64,000 nt of DNA, taken from assembly GCA_000934665.2 (NCBI GenBank), contig KZ538417.1, positions 1 through 64,000 on the forward strand. The letters run 5' to 3'. Source of the DNA: Catajapyx aquilonaris. Its lineage: Eukaryota. The stretch's first letter is position 1. Each line of letters begins with the position of its first letter. Shown here piece by piece: positions 40,867 through 54,011 of this stretch. Position numbers and translations under genes: made by a program. Below the pieces are notes generated by a model. That model ran no database searches. It had not been told where the DNA came from and was given only the letters and a program-made list of their open reading frames with translations.

Positions 40867-43080
40867 TGTCGGTTTAGAGGTTCATTTGGCGTAGAAAATG
40901 AAAAAAAGGCAGCTAACAGCAGGGAATCCGAAAAGTTTATCTCCAGACATTTATTACAAAGTGAATTCAAAATGTTAGATGTTATGTTTTGGAAAAAGTT
41001 TTCCAAAGCAAACCAACTTTCGGGTTTTAATGAAGTCATTTTTTTTCATCAAAGCAGAAAGGTGTTTGTAATATTCTTTTGGGGTGTTGGCAAACCCAAA
41101 CTTTGTGCTAAATTTTCCAACACATCTGATTTCACCTAGAAAGCGAATACAGAAAAATTAGACAACTCAAAAATTCTTGCCGCTGCAAAAAAGTGTGCGT
41201 GAATTTCCAAAAAGTGTTTATTCTGCAAAAAAATATGGCTAATGTGTACAGTACTATACCTGACAAATGGAGATATTATATCTCCATTTTTTTCCAGGTA
41301 TATTGTTTTAGAAATAATATTGGCATAACATCGGCTCCATCAACCTTTGCAACTGTTATCGTCTTGACATACTAAGCTGGTATTAACTATTTGTGCATTC
41401 TAATATTCGCAATGACAAAAAAGAAAAGCAAATCTGCCTTTTTAAAAAACTTTCATCATAAATAGGATTGCACGTCTTTGGGGGGGCCGTTCCTCTGACG
41501 CTTTACCTTTCAAGTTGGATGCCACTTACTTCATCCTTCCTTGTTTCATTGGGAGCCTTTGATCTTCATTTTGGTGCACGTTTTCTTTGTCATCTGTTAT
41601 TAGTGCAGAAACCCTTTGATTTGGGCGAGGAATTAGTGAGGCGGAAGGAGCCAAGTAACGAAAAGAGGAAGAAGGAACCTTGGGGGGAGGGGTGGGGAGG
41701 GAGGGGTTGGATATAACAGCCAGGGCTGTTCATCTTCTTTTCCTCCAAACGTCCCAGAGGAGTAATGTAGTTGGGACTCAAACTTACGGGGGCTTATCTT
41801 TAATGACTCTCTCCTGCTCATTTCGTCATCCTCGCTTCTCTCTCATATTGGCTNGGGGGACTCCAACTTCGCTCTGTATTATATGTTGCAATTTTTTCTC
41901 TCTCTCTCTCTCTCCTTCTGCTTCTCCTATAGTATCTTTTTTTTGAGCCTTCCTATTAATGCTCGCAATTACAGCCTGGGATTTTTACAAAATTCGCTCT
42001 AATGGCCTGCGATATCGCATTTTGGTCTGGGGTCCTTTTAAGCCTTGGGGACTCTCTCCGGGAGTTGTTTTCAGTTCGTTGGATGCTGTTACCAGCATGG
42101 GGCCAAATGAATATCAATTTTTTAGAGCAATTTTTAAGATTGTACCACTGTCAGTTTGAACTGGAACTTTTTTGATAATATTCGATTGTTTCGTACAGCA
42201 CTTCACAATCCCGGCAAACAAAAATTTGGTTGAAATTTTTTGGGGGGGTAAAAATTGATATTAATCCGATCCTCTCACAGTTTAGTGCGGTGAAGCGGCT
42301 TAATGCAAATCCTGGTTTTCGCCAGCAGACATCCGGATGCTTGGGTCAGCAGCCCGGCAAGGAGAAAAGCCACACCTTGGGCCACTACATTAAACATTTG
42401 GTTTTATCTCCTCCCATCTCACCCACTCAACAATGCTTGCTGACCGCAGTTCTTCCGTGCCATTTGCTGCGGTTTAATCTCATGACCTCATCTCTAACCA
42501 GCAAAACTTTTTTTTTAAATTGCAAAACGCGATTCATTATTGGCTGATTTTTTCACACAGTTTTTGTGGACCTGCTGCTGTGCACCTGAATATATTGGAA
42601 AATCATATAGTGCAATTTTACATGAGATGAAAGGAACACTTCACGCGGCAAAACAAGCCGAATAATCAATACTAATTTAATTGTTATTAATTGAAATATT
42701 TAGGCGGGTATATAGTGTTGATTGAATACCATACAAATGCAGATTTTGCTATTCCGGAATTACGTCTATACATGCGGCCTGGATTTCATCGACTGAAGCA
42801 TCCGCAAGCAAAGTGCGGACTCTGTACACATTATTATCGCCAGTTGGAAATAATATTGTTGCTTGCAAGATTTATGGGGCGGAGTCAATGGACTCGTCAA
42901 ACCGCAATCGCTAATGGAAAATTATGCCTCTGTGCATTAGATGCATTTGGCACGTCATTAAGGGATTACGCTCGTTGCTAACTCAAACTCATCACCCGCA
43001 TGTACCAAAAAAATTATTGTAATTACACTGGATCTAGGTATCAACTCCAATTGTTCAGAAATAATTTATTCGAGAGTACA

Positions 43081-43194
43081 AAAACCTGGCAACACTGCCC
43101 TGTAGTACCATATGTGTCTCATAGATGGCGAATCCTGCCCCTCTGCGCACTACTGATGACTCACCGCGGACAGAGTCACAGACCCAAGCCAATT
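43081..43194 (+). mobile_element. Family A copy (internally deleted)
   Basis: tggcaacactg...ctcatagatggcg...gcactactgatgactcaccgcggacagagtcacagacccaagccaatt. Confidence 0.75.
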
Positions 43195-45179
43195 ATTTTC
43201 TTTAAAAAAAAATACCGTACGTATTACAAGGTTGTTGGCTCTTTAAAAGAGTAAGCCATGACTTTGGTATACACTGCATAACAAACCGAGTGTTAGGTGC
43301 GAAAAGCCCAATAAGGAGTCGGATAGACACGGTTTGGTCGGGTGGTCAGATTTGCATAGTTTGCGGGCTGGGCAGGCCACACCACTCGTTCGATTAGCAT
43401 ACAAAATCCCGCCTCCCTGATTGGCGCCATGCAATGAAAGGAACCCCTCTAAATAGGAAACTTTGCACGTCTCTAACCGGAGAACTGCTGGGGCGTCGTT
43501 TCCTCACTCCTTCAAGTCGTCTCTGAAAAGGTAAAAAGACGCAAATCTGCAAAAAAAAAAAAAAAAGGCTTTTCAACTCGATAAGAACGATTAAGGAGAG
43601 GCGGATGGGAACAACTTTTTTTTTGGAAGGAGGAAAGAGAACATTTTTAAAAATGATGGTTGGAACAGGAATTGTTATTAAGAAGTGCGGCTCTCGATGT
43701 AACTAGGCGTAATTGAAAGGAAACCCTTCTCGCTTTTGTTTTTTTTTTGGTCCGATGCCGCGAAACTTTTTTGGGGGATGTAAAATTCTGCCTCTTTATA
43801 CACTTATTTTTTCCACCTGGAAAAATTATGTGCGGATTCGATTCATTCGCTGGAATGAGTTCAATCGATGATTTTTCCGGTCGGTTGATATTTTTTTTGC
43901 CTTTCGTAAGTATTACGCAAAAAGCCTGAAGGAAAATCAGCACAGCGCAAAATATTGGCTTCGCTACAACAACTTCTTTTACAATTTACATCACACCATG
44001 TCATTTAATCTATTAACTGACTAGCAGTATTCACACCGTGAAACATTATTGCACAAATGTTGAATTACTGAACTGTGGACATTCGTCCACATTTTGCAAT
44101 CTCATGTAAATAAAATCGTCATTATTTTAAAATAAATTTTGGTGTTTTTTTTTTGTTTGAAGAAATACGTATTAGTTTTCAAGCTATGATCGATTTATTT
44201 TATACGGAATTGTATTGCCCAATAATTGAGAAAATATTTATTATTCATGATTAATCATAACCTTACAGTGCTTCAAAGCAACACACTTTTCCTTCAAAAG
44301 CCATCAAAATTTGATCGATTTCTTTTGTCATGAATAAAATACACCAGCTTAATGGAGCTGAAATGAGCAAGGCCACAAAGACGGATTGTTCGCCCTAGCA
44401 ACCGGTTTGAATAGTATCAAGGATCACTTACCGTTAATGAAATTTCAAATGGTTTCTTCTCGTTTTTTAAAACTCGTTGCTGGGCAATTCAGTACATGGC
44501 AGTGTGACACTACCAATCAGAGTAGCTTTTTATTCAGCTTTTGTATAACAGGTTCATAACCCACTTTGCATGAATGTTACTACAGTACAGCTTCATTCCA
44601 GTCAATCAACCCCTGTGGCACCCTTGATGTGCACAGAACTTTAATCGAGTTTTTTTGGGGGTGGTAAAACAGTGGCGTAAATTAAGGTTGCTCGCCTCAT
44701 TGCCTCCACTCGCCTTTCACACCTGAACACTTTTGCAGGTAGGCCCTGCAGTTTTTATTTTATGTACACAAAAAAACCCGCAACGTTATTTTTTCAGACT
44801 CGCCTTTTTTTCCCCCTGCCTGGCTCTCGTTGCATTTCCCAGTGCTCTTTCCTCAGTTTTATACGAGTATCGATTGGAACCTGATCTCTGCGAAAAAGAG
44901 GCAAATCTTGTTATTTCTGGAGCGTACCAGGCTCATCCTCCCCCTCCACCCCCCCATCCCCCCACTTTCCCAATCCGCTCTCTTTGTTCCACCCAGTTTT
45001 CCAAAGGTTGCATGTTAGTTTGCAGTCCGTAAAGTTGGATGGACAGCCGTGTTTATTGTAATCTTGTTCTGCTTTCGATATACAGTACACACCAGGCCTA
45101 TAATGCACTTTGCTCTTTGACCACAGGGTGTACCGATCAAATCGCAGAAAAATAGCTCTTTAATTATACGTAAAATGCA

Positions 45180-45420
45180 ACATTTATTGTTAATTTTTAT
45201 TTGTTTCTTTATTTCGTTTTTTTTTATTTCCTCTTTATTGTTTTATTTATTTGTTTATTTCGTTACTTGTTTACTTCATTGTTATTTTTTATTAATATAT
45301 TTGTTTATTTCGTTACTTGTTTATTTCGTCAATTGTTTTTTGTCTATTTCGTTATTTATTTATTTATTTTGGTATTTATATGATTGTTTATTTTGGTATT
45401 TCTTTTGTTACTTATTTCCT
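45180..45420. repeat. T-rich degenerate (TTTA/TTTG/TTCG)n low-complexity tract abutting a family A copy
   Basis: Repeated ttatttatttcg / ttacttgttt units; source of the hydrophobic F/L/I/Y-rich pseudo-ORFs. Confidence 0.85.
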
Positions 45421-45622
45421 AGTGAACCCAAGCCAAAACTTGGCCACGGCTGTCCACTTACAAGTTAGTGTTATTACTCTCTCATAGATGGCGTATCTTT
45501 CTCCCTGCACACTACTGCCACTCTCAGGTCGTGCGAGAGGTAGTGGTACTAAATGCACCTAGCTGACCGGAGATGATGACTCGCCCCGGACAAACAGACA
45601 CAGACTCAAGCCAATTCTATGC
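45420..45622 (+). mobile_element. Dispersed repeat family A, most complete copy
   Basis: Ordered motifs tagtgaaccc / catagatggcg / ctgcacactactgccactctcag / gatgactc / ggacaaacagacacagactcaagccaattctatg recur in other copies in the window. Confidence 0.8.
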
Positions 45623-48037
45623 AGTATATCAGATTACATTTATTGAGACATTTAAAATTCAGTTATTACTATAGTTAATGCGTCAGATTTCTTTATTATT
45701 ATGGAAGCGATTATGCTGGTTGTATTGAAGAGGACTTGAGAGTTGGGTTTTGGTTTAAGAAGTGGTGTGGCGTTGCAAACTCTTGCTATCGAGAGTCGGG
45801 GCTTTTGCTTTGCACTTCCATTAACGACCTTAATCTTTCGAGTGGCTTGGCACTTCACTTGCCAAAAGCCTACAATCGCAAGCAGCAGTTTCAAACATTT
45901 CGGGATTAGCTTATGGAGACCAGAAGAGCGCGGAATCAGCTTTTATCCAAGACTCTCTGTTCTCGTGATGCTGCTGGGCCGGAGCCCAACAATAAAGCAA
46001 GCAGCAAGCAAGCCTCTTCCTTGTTGCATTGCACAACAGTGTAAACGCGACCTTCTTTTCGGTCGGATTTATTATTCATAAGCACCCCCTGACGTGGGAT
46101 TCTGGAAATTCGGGATTGCCATGCTTGGATTCTAGTGTAGTTGTAAGCTCATGTGCATGAATGAGTAATGAAGGATGGTGGCACATGTTTGCCTTCAGAT
46201 TTACGGTAATCCGCCTGCCTGACGCAAGACTATTACGAATACGCAAAAGTCGCGCATGGTTTTTTTCTGTCTCTTGTACACAAAAGGCTCCTGCAGTACT
46301 GCATTTTTGTATGAATTTTCAATAGTTTCATCTGACGTCATACATTTTTGGGTGCTGCATCTCAGTATATGAATCAATCACTACGATTAGCATATAAAAG
46401 GGCTTGGTTTTATGATTGATCCCAAGACACCAGAATCCGCTCGTACAATGAGTGATAGGCACTACTTTTTTTTGTTACTATGCAGCGTTGCATCCTGCTG
46501 AAAACAAGAAATCAGCTGTCTTCTCCGCGTGATTAATTTAAAATGTTTTCAGGCACGTTCGGTATAGAAACCATTTATCTAAGAAAAAAAACCGTTATTT
46601 ATTCGAAGCCGGATGTGTCCTCCTTCCTTGGTGAAAAGTAAGCTTAATTGAGGAGGCCCTTCTTAGTCCGCCCACCTGGCTTCTTTTCCCAGCTAACATT
46701 TTCCTTTCCGCTTGACGTGTTTGTGCGGCGATCTGTCAAGGGAAAAGGGCCCCTGACAAAGACGAACCGCCCCGCAAAACTAAATCCTCGCTGCCCCGAT
46801 AATAGCTTGTTTACTCCTCCAACTTTGGACCCCCATCACCTTACCCTCCTTAGACTTTACCAGGGGAATTAGCAGGGCCCCAGGTTCACAGCTTTGTTTG
46901 TCCATACTCGCAGAAAACCGCTGCCCAATAGGCTTTTCTATACCCGGCTAATTAGGAGGCTGGGGTCCACCATTCTCAGGGAGCCTTGTCGGTTTTTTCT
47001 ATACTCTTTCAGGTGGAGCCTTTAAGGGGCTTCTGTGGCCTGATGGTGTTCCTGTAATCAGCTTAGAGCGCCAAGTAGAGCGCTCTTCATATGTAGGCTT
47101 AAGAATATAGAGGAAAAATATGAAGCGCATATGCTGGAAATAACATCTACGCAACAGTTGATCCGATTCACAAATAATGCAACACGAGTCCGATACCAAA
47201 AATGTTCTCTCAAGTTCCCCCTGCAGCAAATGGGCATCCTAATATTAACATGGAATACGAGTCTTAATCACGGGGCGTGCTCATTTCCATCGGACCCTGC
47301 TTACCTGCGAGGTGCCTCTAATCACGCATTCCCCGCCACTGATTAGGCTAATTGGAACCGGAGCGCATTTTGGCTGTCGAATTACGGTTATTAATGTCGT
47401 TTAATTCATTGCCGTCTGCTTGTCGCCACCAATTTTTAGAACCGATCGATCCGGACGTGTTTATCTACATGGTTCGTTTTGTACGAAGGAGAAAAAAAAA
47501 GTTGGTAGCTGCGACCCCCTTCTAAACAAAAAGGACCCAATTTTGGGAGGAGAAAAAAAACTGGGAGTGAAACAGTACTGGAAAAGGAGAAGTCTTGTTT
47601 TCTTCCCAGTTTGGCACCGTAAAATATGACCCGTCCGTTGGGAAAACTGTCCCTTTTAAGCTCGGTGTTTATTTTATAAATTCCCGTCAGGGAAGCCTTT
47701 TGTCCAAAGTCCCCCGGAGTTTGGTCTTGACTTGGTGGAGAAGAAACGAATTACACTTTATTTATGACTTCTATTTTAACCCCCCACCCCTACTCTTCTC
47801 TATAGTCCTAACTCTTGCTTTAATACTCGGCTTCTTGTATTCTGCTTTTGCAACAACCTGCGAAATTTTGGAGAAGGCCGGGAAATGTAAACTACCGGAG
47901 GTCGTATGATTAATTGTTTCCTGGGTATTGAAGAAAGCTTCCTGTCAACATTTTCCGGCTGCACTTGCAACACTTTAGAGAGACGCAAACAAGGTCAAAG
48001 GACCGTCAACTGGTTGAAGACTCTGGATTCAAAAGAT

Positions 48038-48200
48038 ATGTTTCATCCTGACTGTTCAGAGCAACCCGTAAGCCTCTTTAATGTTGCTGGTTATCTAACT
48101 TACAGGATAAAAAAAAGTAGAAAGATTTCATCCTGTAAGTGAGATAACCAGCAACACATAAGAGGCATACGGGATGCTCTGAACAGTCAGGATGAAACAT
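48038..48200. mobile_element. Foldback/MITE-like inverted repeat (~163 bp), superfamily unassigned
   Basis: Arms of about 70 bp: atgtttcatcctgactgttcagagca...gttgctggttatctaacttacaggat and atcctgtaagtgagataaccagcaac...tgctctgaacagtcaggatgaaacat. No clear target-site duplication. Confidence 0.8.
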
Positions 48201-48219
48201 GAGTGTGAAAAATCATTTA

Positions 48220-48344
48220 GGGCCGGTTTCACCGAGCTCAGTATATGATAAAACCAGGGTATTTCTCAAAATCCCTATCTATTTGTATGGATTTTCCTAA
48301 AGAAACCTGGTTTTATCATATACCAAGCTCGGTGAAACCGGCCC
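48220..48344. mobile_element. PIF/Harbinger (Tourist-like) MITE with TTA target-site duplication
   Basis: TTA|GGGCCGGTTTCACCGAGCTCAGTATATGATAAAACCAGG...CCTGGTTTTATCATATACCAAGCTCGGTGAAACCGGCCC|TTA. GGGCC termini and a 3-bp TTA duplication are typical of this superfamily. Confidence 0.88.
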
Positions 48345-49070
48345 TTAATGTTTTCTACAGCTTTGCAGCCCAATTACCAGTAAACTGCAGCGTATATACA
48401 ATCACCCATTTGTATTACCAACCCAGATATACCTAATCGATCATCTGATTACATATCAACGCGGAATTATGTTGGTGCCAACATTACTGACATGCAATCA
48501 GATCAAATTGTTAGTACACTTACTGCACCTATAATAACTATGAACATTGGTCTAATAGGAGTGTAAATGCCACCTGTGACTCTTCCTTTTGAAACAAAAA
48601 AAATCGCATGTAATCTGGCATCTGGCTCGAACCACATGAGCATTAGCATGTAATTATCGCCAAAGACAGATGCGGACCGACTATGTGTAGAGCTAGAAAG
48701 AGTTGGAAAAAAACGCAGGAAAAAGAATTACGGGTTTGTGCAAAGCCAGATCCCTCGGAAACATTTCCTCTGGCTCGTTATTCCCTTCCTGGGGAGGAGA
48801 TTCCCTCGACTGCTCCGCTGCTCAGCACCCCACCCTTCCCCCTTTAGAAAATGTTAGAGAAAGAGAAAAGATCCTCCCTCCCCCACCCTTTTTTTTTTTA
48901 AAAAAAAGGAAGAAAAATGATTCTGGGCTTTGCCTGCACGTGACCCTCCCTTTTGTCTTATTTCCTTTCCTTCTCACTTGTCCTCCCGTGTAATCCTCCC
49001 GTCTGTTATTTTCGCATAGAGATCCTGTCGCCTGGTGAGAAAAAAAAGAGACGTCTTTTTGTCACTTTTT

Positions 49071-49343
49071 TACTCTATAGACGAATTTTAAAAAAATGAG
49101 CGCAACCTAGTGCGCAACACAGTTCGCGCAACTTGCAGGGTTGGAATTATCAATGATAAGTGTGGCACAAGCATAGTGAGTGAGTGCACTTGTTTCCAAC
49201 GCTACGGTGAGGGGAGTATGCCGACTTTTGCGATGTTGCCAAGGCCTGAGGAGTAATCGTGGCAACGTTGTTGTCAGAACAATGGACTTGCGCGAGTATG
49301 TGCGCACTCGGTTGCGCTCGTTAAAAAATCATCTGTAGGGGTG
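49071..49343. mobile_element. Degenerate MITE with imperfect TIRs
   Basis: gagcgcaacctagtgcgcaacacagttcgcgcaa (from 49098) is the imperfect reverse complement of ttgcgcgagtatgtgcgcactcggttgcgctc (to 49319). Similarity extends outward to tactctatagacga / tcatctgtaggggtg. A related fragment lies near 39586-39608. Confidence 0.6.
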
Positions 49344-52300
49344 AACAATCAGCGTACTTGGCACAAATCAGTTGCAGTAATTATGCATGTAACATATGTA
49401 ATGAAAAAGTGTGGGGCGTCATTTTTGAGAGGTTGTTGTAGTATACATTTTTTGGAGGAGATATGACTCAATTAATCGCACAATCGATGGTGCGAATCAG
49501 ATTTTGGATTTTTTAAAATTATTATTCGGATGCCAGCTCGCGAATCCGAATGGCACCTATTTGCATACTGCTTGCGTTGCTTTAAAAAAAATGACAGGGT
49601 GTTAATTCGCGAGTACTGCATCTAATGGGTACCCGATATGTCCAATGCTTTACATATCTGGGCCTGGGAGGATAACAATGGGCGATGGCGTCGCAATATA
49701 ACGATGCAGAACGGGACCGATTGTGCAGTTGTCGATCATTTTGATTGCAAAAAAATTGGCGATGAGGTCCATTCTGCGCGCTATTTTTGGGGGGAGGGAT
49801 GGCGGCACGGGCCTCATCCGGTGCGGAAAATTTGCGATTGGAAGGGTTTTTTTTATTATTATTCGCGAGAGAGATAACGTTTGAGGTGATGGTTTTCGGG
49901 ATTAGCAGGAAATGAGATTTTTTTTTGTTGTATTGCAAAAAAAATTGGGCATTGTTCCATATTTATTGCCGGAGACCAGGAGCAACCCACCGATTTTTCG
50001 CATTGAATTATTGTGAACATCCCAGAGCTTTTAATTGTAACATACAGTTCAAAGCTTTTGGGGGTGCTACGGTTTTGGACTGGAAATTGCCGCTTTTTTC
50101 AAACTGGATATGCGCACAATATTTTCTGCCCCCTTTCCAACATTGGGAAGCATTTTTGCGTAACGTTTCATGAGCGACAATATGCATAATTGCGAATTTC
50201 TCCGGCCGCGTTTTGAATATGAAATTTTGTGCCCCCGGAACCGAATTGTTATCGTCACTGTTATTCGCATTAGTTGATGAATAACAAGTTAGGGGAAAAT
50301 GTTAATTTATCAGGAAATTAGCCAATTTTGGTGAATTTTGCGAGCAATTGTTTGTTCTTACTAGTGTTGGAATGACAATTTTTTTCCGTGAAGTGGCTTT
50401 CCTGCTCAACTTGTTTGTTTCTCATTCAAACACGCAAGGACATTGATAGGGAAATCTCTCTCGACCCAACCATAATCCAACTTCTCATTGCAAATGACAT
50501 TAGGCTTTTCCTCTCCCTTTTATTTGCGGAGTTCGCATGTTGACCGTGCGTAATCCCCCTTTGGTAAAACTGTGAGGTTCAACTAAAAGAACATGCTCCT
50601 TTTTTTTGGAAAACGGGGGAAACCAGACAGTAAAATCAATGTCGTTTTCCCCTCAGCATTTAGTGATAAATGTTGCAATAATGGCATAAGAAGAAGGCGT
50701 TAATTTACACATCACTTCCCCCAGCGCTACCCGATTTTATTTTTTTTACTCTGTGCAAAACCTTCCCCCCCTCGACTCTCCATGGGTTGAATGTGTTTGG
50801 AATAATAAATGAGGCGAGAGGAACAAAAGTCCTCTTTAAATTTTGCGGTTAGAGTGTCATAAGCGGAAGGCAAGCGATATCTATGGCATGCTTTACAACG
50901 CCGTGCGGGTTCTGTTTGAAAACAATTGGGAAGGGTTAGTGTCGTCGGTTTGTCACTTTTTTAACGACATTTTGTGTGTGTGTCCCCCACACCGTTCATG
51001 GCATTCCAGTTTTTTTTTTACCCAGTGTTCTCTCAACGGCTGATAAACGGAATATAAAAGGTTGGGAGGGAATGTATTTTGCACCTCGTAAAAAAAAAAT
51101 ATCTAACACATAGAAGAGAAGTGGCGGAACAAATTTGGTAGCCTATTAACATCCCAGAAATGCTGAATCAGGAAAGTCGTTTCGATGCTTAACTATTTAT
51201 TAACCGATCAGTAAAAAATTGATTTCCATTCACAGTTGCATGCAAAAAAAAAATTATTGCGGTTAATTCGGGTTTGCAGATCCTGACATATACAAAACCG
51301 CTGCATAAATGTCAGTAACACAACCTAGAGCAATCAGGCATTTTAAAATTTTGCAAGCGGACGATGCAACAGATTTTCTGACAGCTGGCGTTACCTTTTC
51401 ATTCGAAACAATTATGCAATAATTTCAAAACAATATTGGGTCCTGAATAATAGCGACAGGGGTGTGACACGAACATGTCCAAATGAGCTGTGGAGGTTGG
51501 CACACATGGCTTTGAATCAATTTTGGAGTCTGCCAGTCGATAACAATGCAGTTAATAAATTTTGCAAATTATAGTTTTGAATTTTTTCCCTCTTACAAAA
51601 ATATATTCACTGGTTCAAATTCTGCAGGTTTTGAGTTTGAAGGACGCCACAGAGAGAGAGAGTGCTGGCACACCGTGAAACCCTTCTCCCCCAAACCCTT
51701 AGAAATAGGGTGCAATCGAGTAGAAGGCGGTCGTGAGGATCAAAATCTCGATTGGAATGGAAAATGAATTTTTTTTTTCCCCAACGAATATATCTGACTG
51801 ACGCGGAAATCCGTTTGGAAAACGAGAAGCCACGGGAGGGGTGAAAAGTGAAAAGGGCTTTTTTTTCTCTCTCTTTTTTCCAAAAAAAAATGGGCTGGCT
51901 TTTAGTCCTCTCACACTACAGCAGTTGGACTGCAGAAAAAAAACCAGGATTAGTCCCCCCTACTAGTGGTAGGTTGTGGGTTAATTACCTCGAAACCCGT
52001 CACTTCACTCATCTCATTAGAGACATGCGCTTTTAAAGCGGACTCCTAGAAAAGCGCTTTGGCTTAGCTAGAAGGAGAGCGGTCAAAAAAAAAGTGACCC
52101 TCCACTAATTTTGGCTCCTAAAAGTCAGACGAAATAATTGGATAGGTTTTGCGGCCAGATTTTGGACAAGGTTTGCTCCGAGTCATCAGAAAAGCCTGAT
52201 GAGGGGTCTTTAAGACTTGGGGTCCATGGTGCTTCAATCGCTCCTGGCCATTCGCCCGGCGTGTTTATCCTGCTTAATTCAGTCCTCAAAGGCAAGGCGG

Positions 52301-53926
52301 GTTCTCATCACGCCTGCCAAGCAACTTTGGTTACAAAGACCAGCGTGCATATCAGCATATCCGAGATATCAAGCCTGAGGCAAGATCCGGCTAATTAATC
52401 CTGTGGAGAGAGAGAGAAAAAAAAATGATGCGCAAATTCTGTGACCATCAGATGTCACAATATCAACTGGATGTGTGATTAGGAATAAACATTTTTTTAA
52501 AAGGTGAGTGGTTGTGTAATCGGAAGAGAGGGCCTTTAGTTTGAGGAAGCCATCATCGGATGAGCTCCCACGGAATATTGCCCTCTCCAATTACGCAAAG
52601 TACCTGTCGCAGGGGCCTTTGCACAAAACACAAGTTTCCTTTCCGCTTTCGCACTTTCCTCTGCAGCACATTCATTCCAAGCCATCTCTTCATTGGATGG
52701 GGAAAAAAAGGGGAGACGACACATAGTTTTTCAGCTGAATGAAAATAGCCACAGTACATTGTTGCACATCCGGCGCAAACATTTGAATTAACATTGCAAA
52801 TTATGTGTTGTACAGGCTGTAATTTAATTAGGTGCAAATTATATGAAACACTCGGGAGTACTTACCATGTTTTTATCCCAAGTATTCGTACTCTACCCCA
52901 AACCTTTTAAATAATTATTGGCGTCATTTAAATTAAATTGGGTTCAGATTCTAGTCACCTGTCGGTATATGTCTACAGGTAGATATACCTGCCTTTTTGT
53001 ATGCGAATTTGACACTGTGCAAAAATTGTGCGGGAGTCAGCCAGACTCCATTTGCAAAACGGGTTTTGCCAGCAAATGAAATCCAACATCAGGAGTGGAT
53101 TAGAGAGAGAGGCTCGTGCAACCCGAAGCCAAAGCGCATGATTTACACACATTTGCAGGGGTCTGTCAGCACGCGGTGTTTTGTGCTATTGAGAATTAAC
53201 CACCATCACGAGAGCATAAATTCCACCACCCCCTCCACTCCCACCCACTCTCCCCTCCCAAAAAAAACCGTCAATGTAGACTAGCTTTGCAAATCACTTG
53301 GCACATCAAACGACCGATATTGCAGTTAGGCTAGTTCAGGGGAAGCAAAATATTTTGCTGCGGTTTTCCTTGTTTTCCAGGCCAGTTGTGTCCGCATTAC
53401 GGCCTTGAAAAATATTGCGGGTATGTGTATGTGTGTGTGCTGCTGACTCGGGTGTTTAAATTGGGGCTCATTAGCGCAGAATTGCGAGTGTGTAGTGCAT
53501 AATCGTGCTCCGCGCGCAGTTTACGGGATTATTTTAATCAGGAGTTAAATGATGACCGTTCATACATCATAGGAAGGCTAGGCCTGGCTGACTTTGTACC
53601 AATTATTTCACAATTATCGTAGCTGACGAGCGACCGTGTCATAATCTTGCTCACGTATCAGTAATTATCTCTTGCGGATGATTAAAAGTTATAAGCCACT
53701 TATACCTGGCGAGGACCCCTCTCGTTTTATGAATTTGCGGATGAATGGTTTTTCGGTCGGTGAAAATAAGCTGGATCAAACAAAGTCTCACGTCTGGAAG
53801 AGAAAGGTTGCGAACTTATCTTCGCAAAAAAAAACTATAGACATTATGCGATTCATAAAATAGATTCTGGGCCACGAGCTGGAAAAATTAATCCTTATTT
53901 TTCCAACTCCTGGATATACGTATTAT

Positions 53927-54011
53927 TGTCATATAGCTTGTTTCAAATATTCAAAAACAAGTTGTTTTTGAATATTTGAAACAAACTCTAGAGAAAACAA
54001 GCTATATGACA
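53927..54011. repeat. Nested inverted repeat
   Basis: Inner perfect palindrome ttgtttcaaatattcaaaaacaa-g-ttgtttttgaatatttgaaacaa overlaps an outer pair tgtcatatagcttgttt / aaacaagctatatgaca. Confidence 0.85.

Noticed and set aside
45175..45468. Hydrophobic membrane-protein-like ORF
   Set aside because: Artefact of the T-rich low-complexity tract.
46993..47018. Strong acceptor-like ttttttctatactctttCAG followed by GT
   Set aside because: The regenerated donor GTGGAG is far from consensus and no clear downstream exon or donor is visible.
47287..47325. Minus-strand CAG|GTAAGC as a ratchet point
   Set aside because: No pyrimidine tract, and an AG lies close upstream on that strand.
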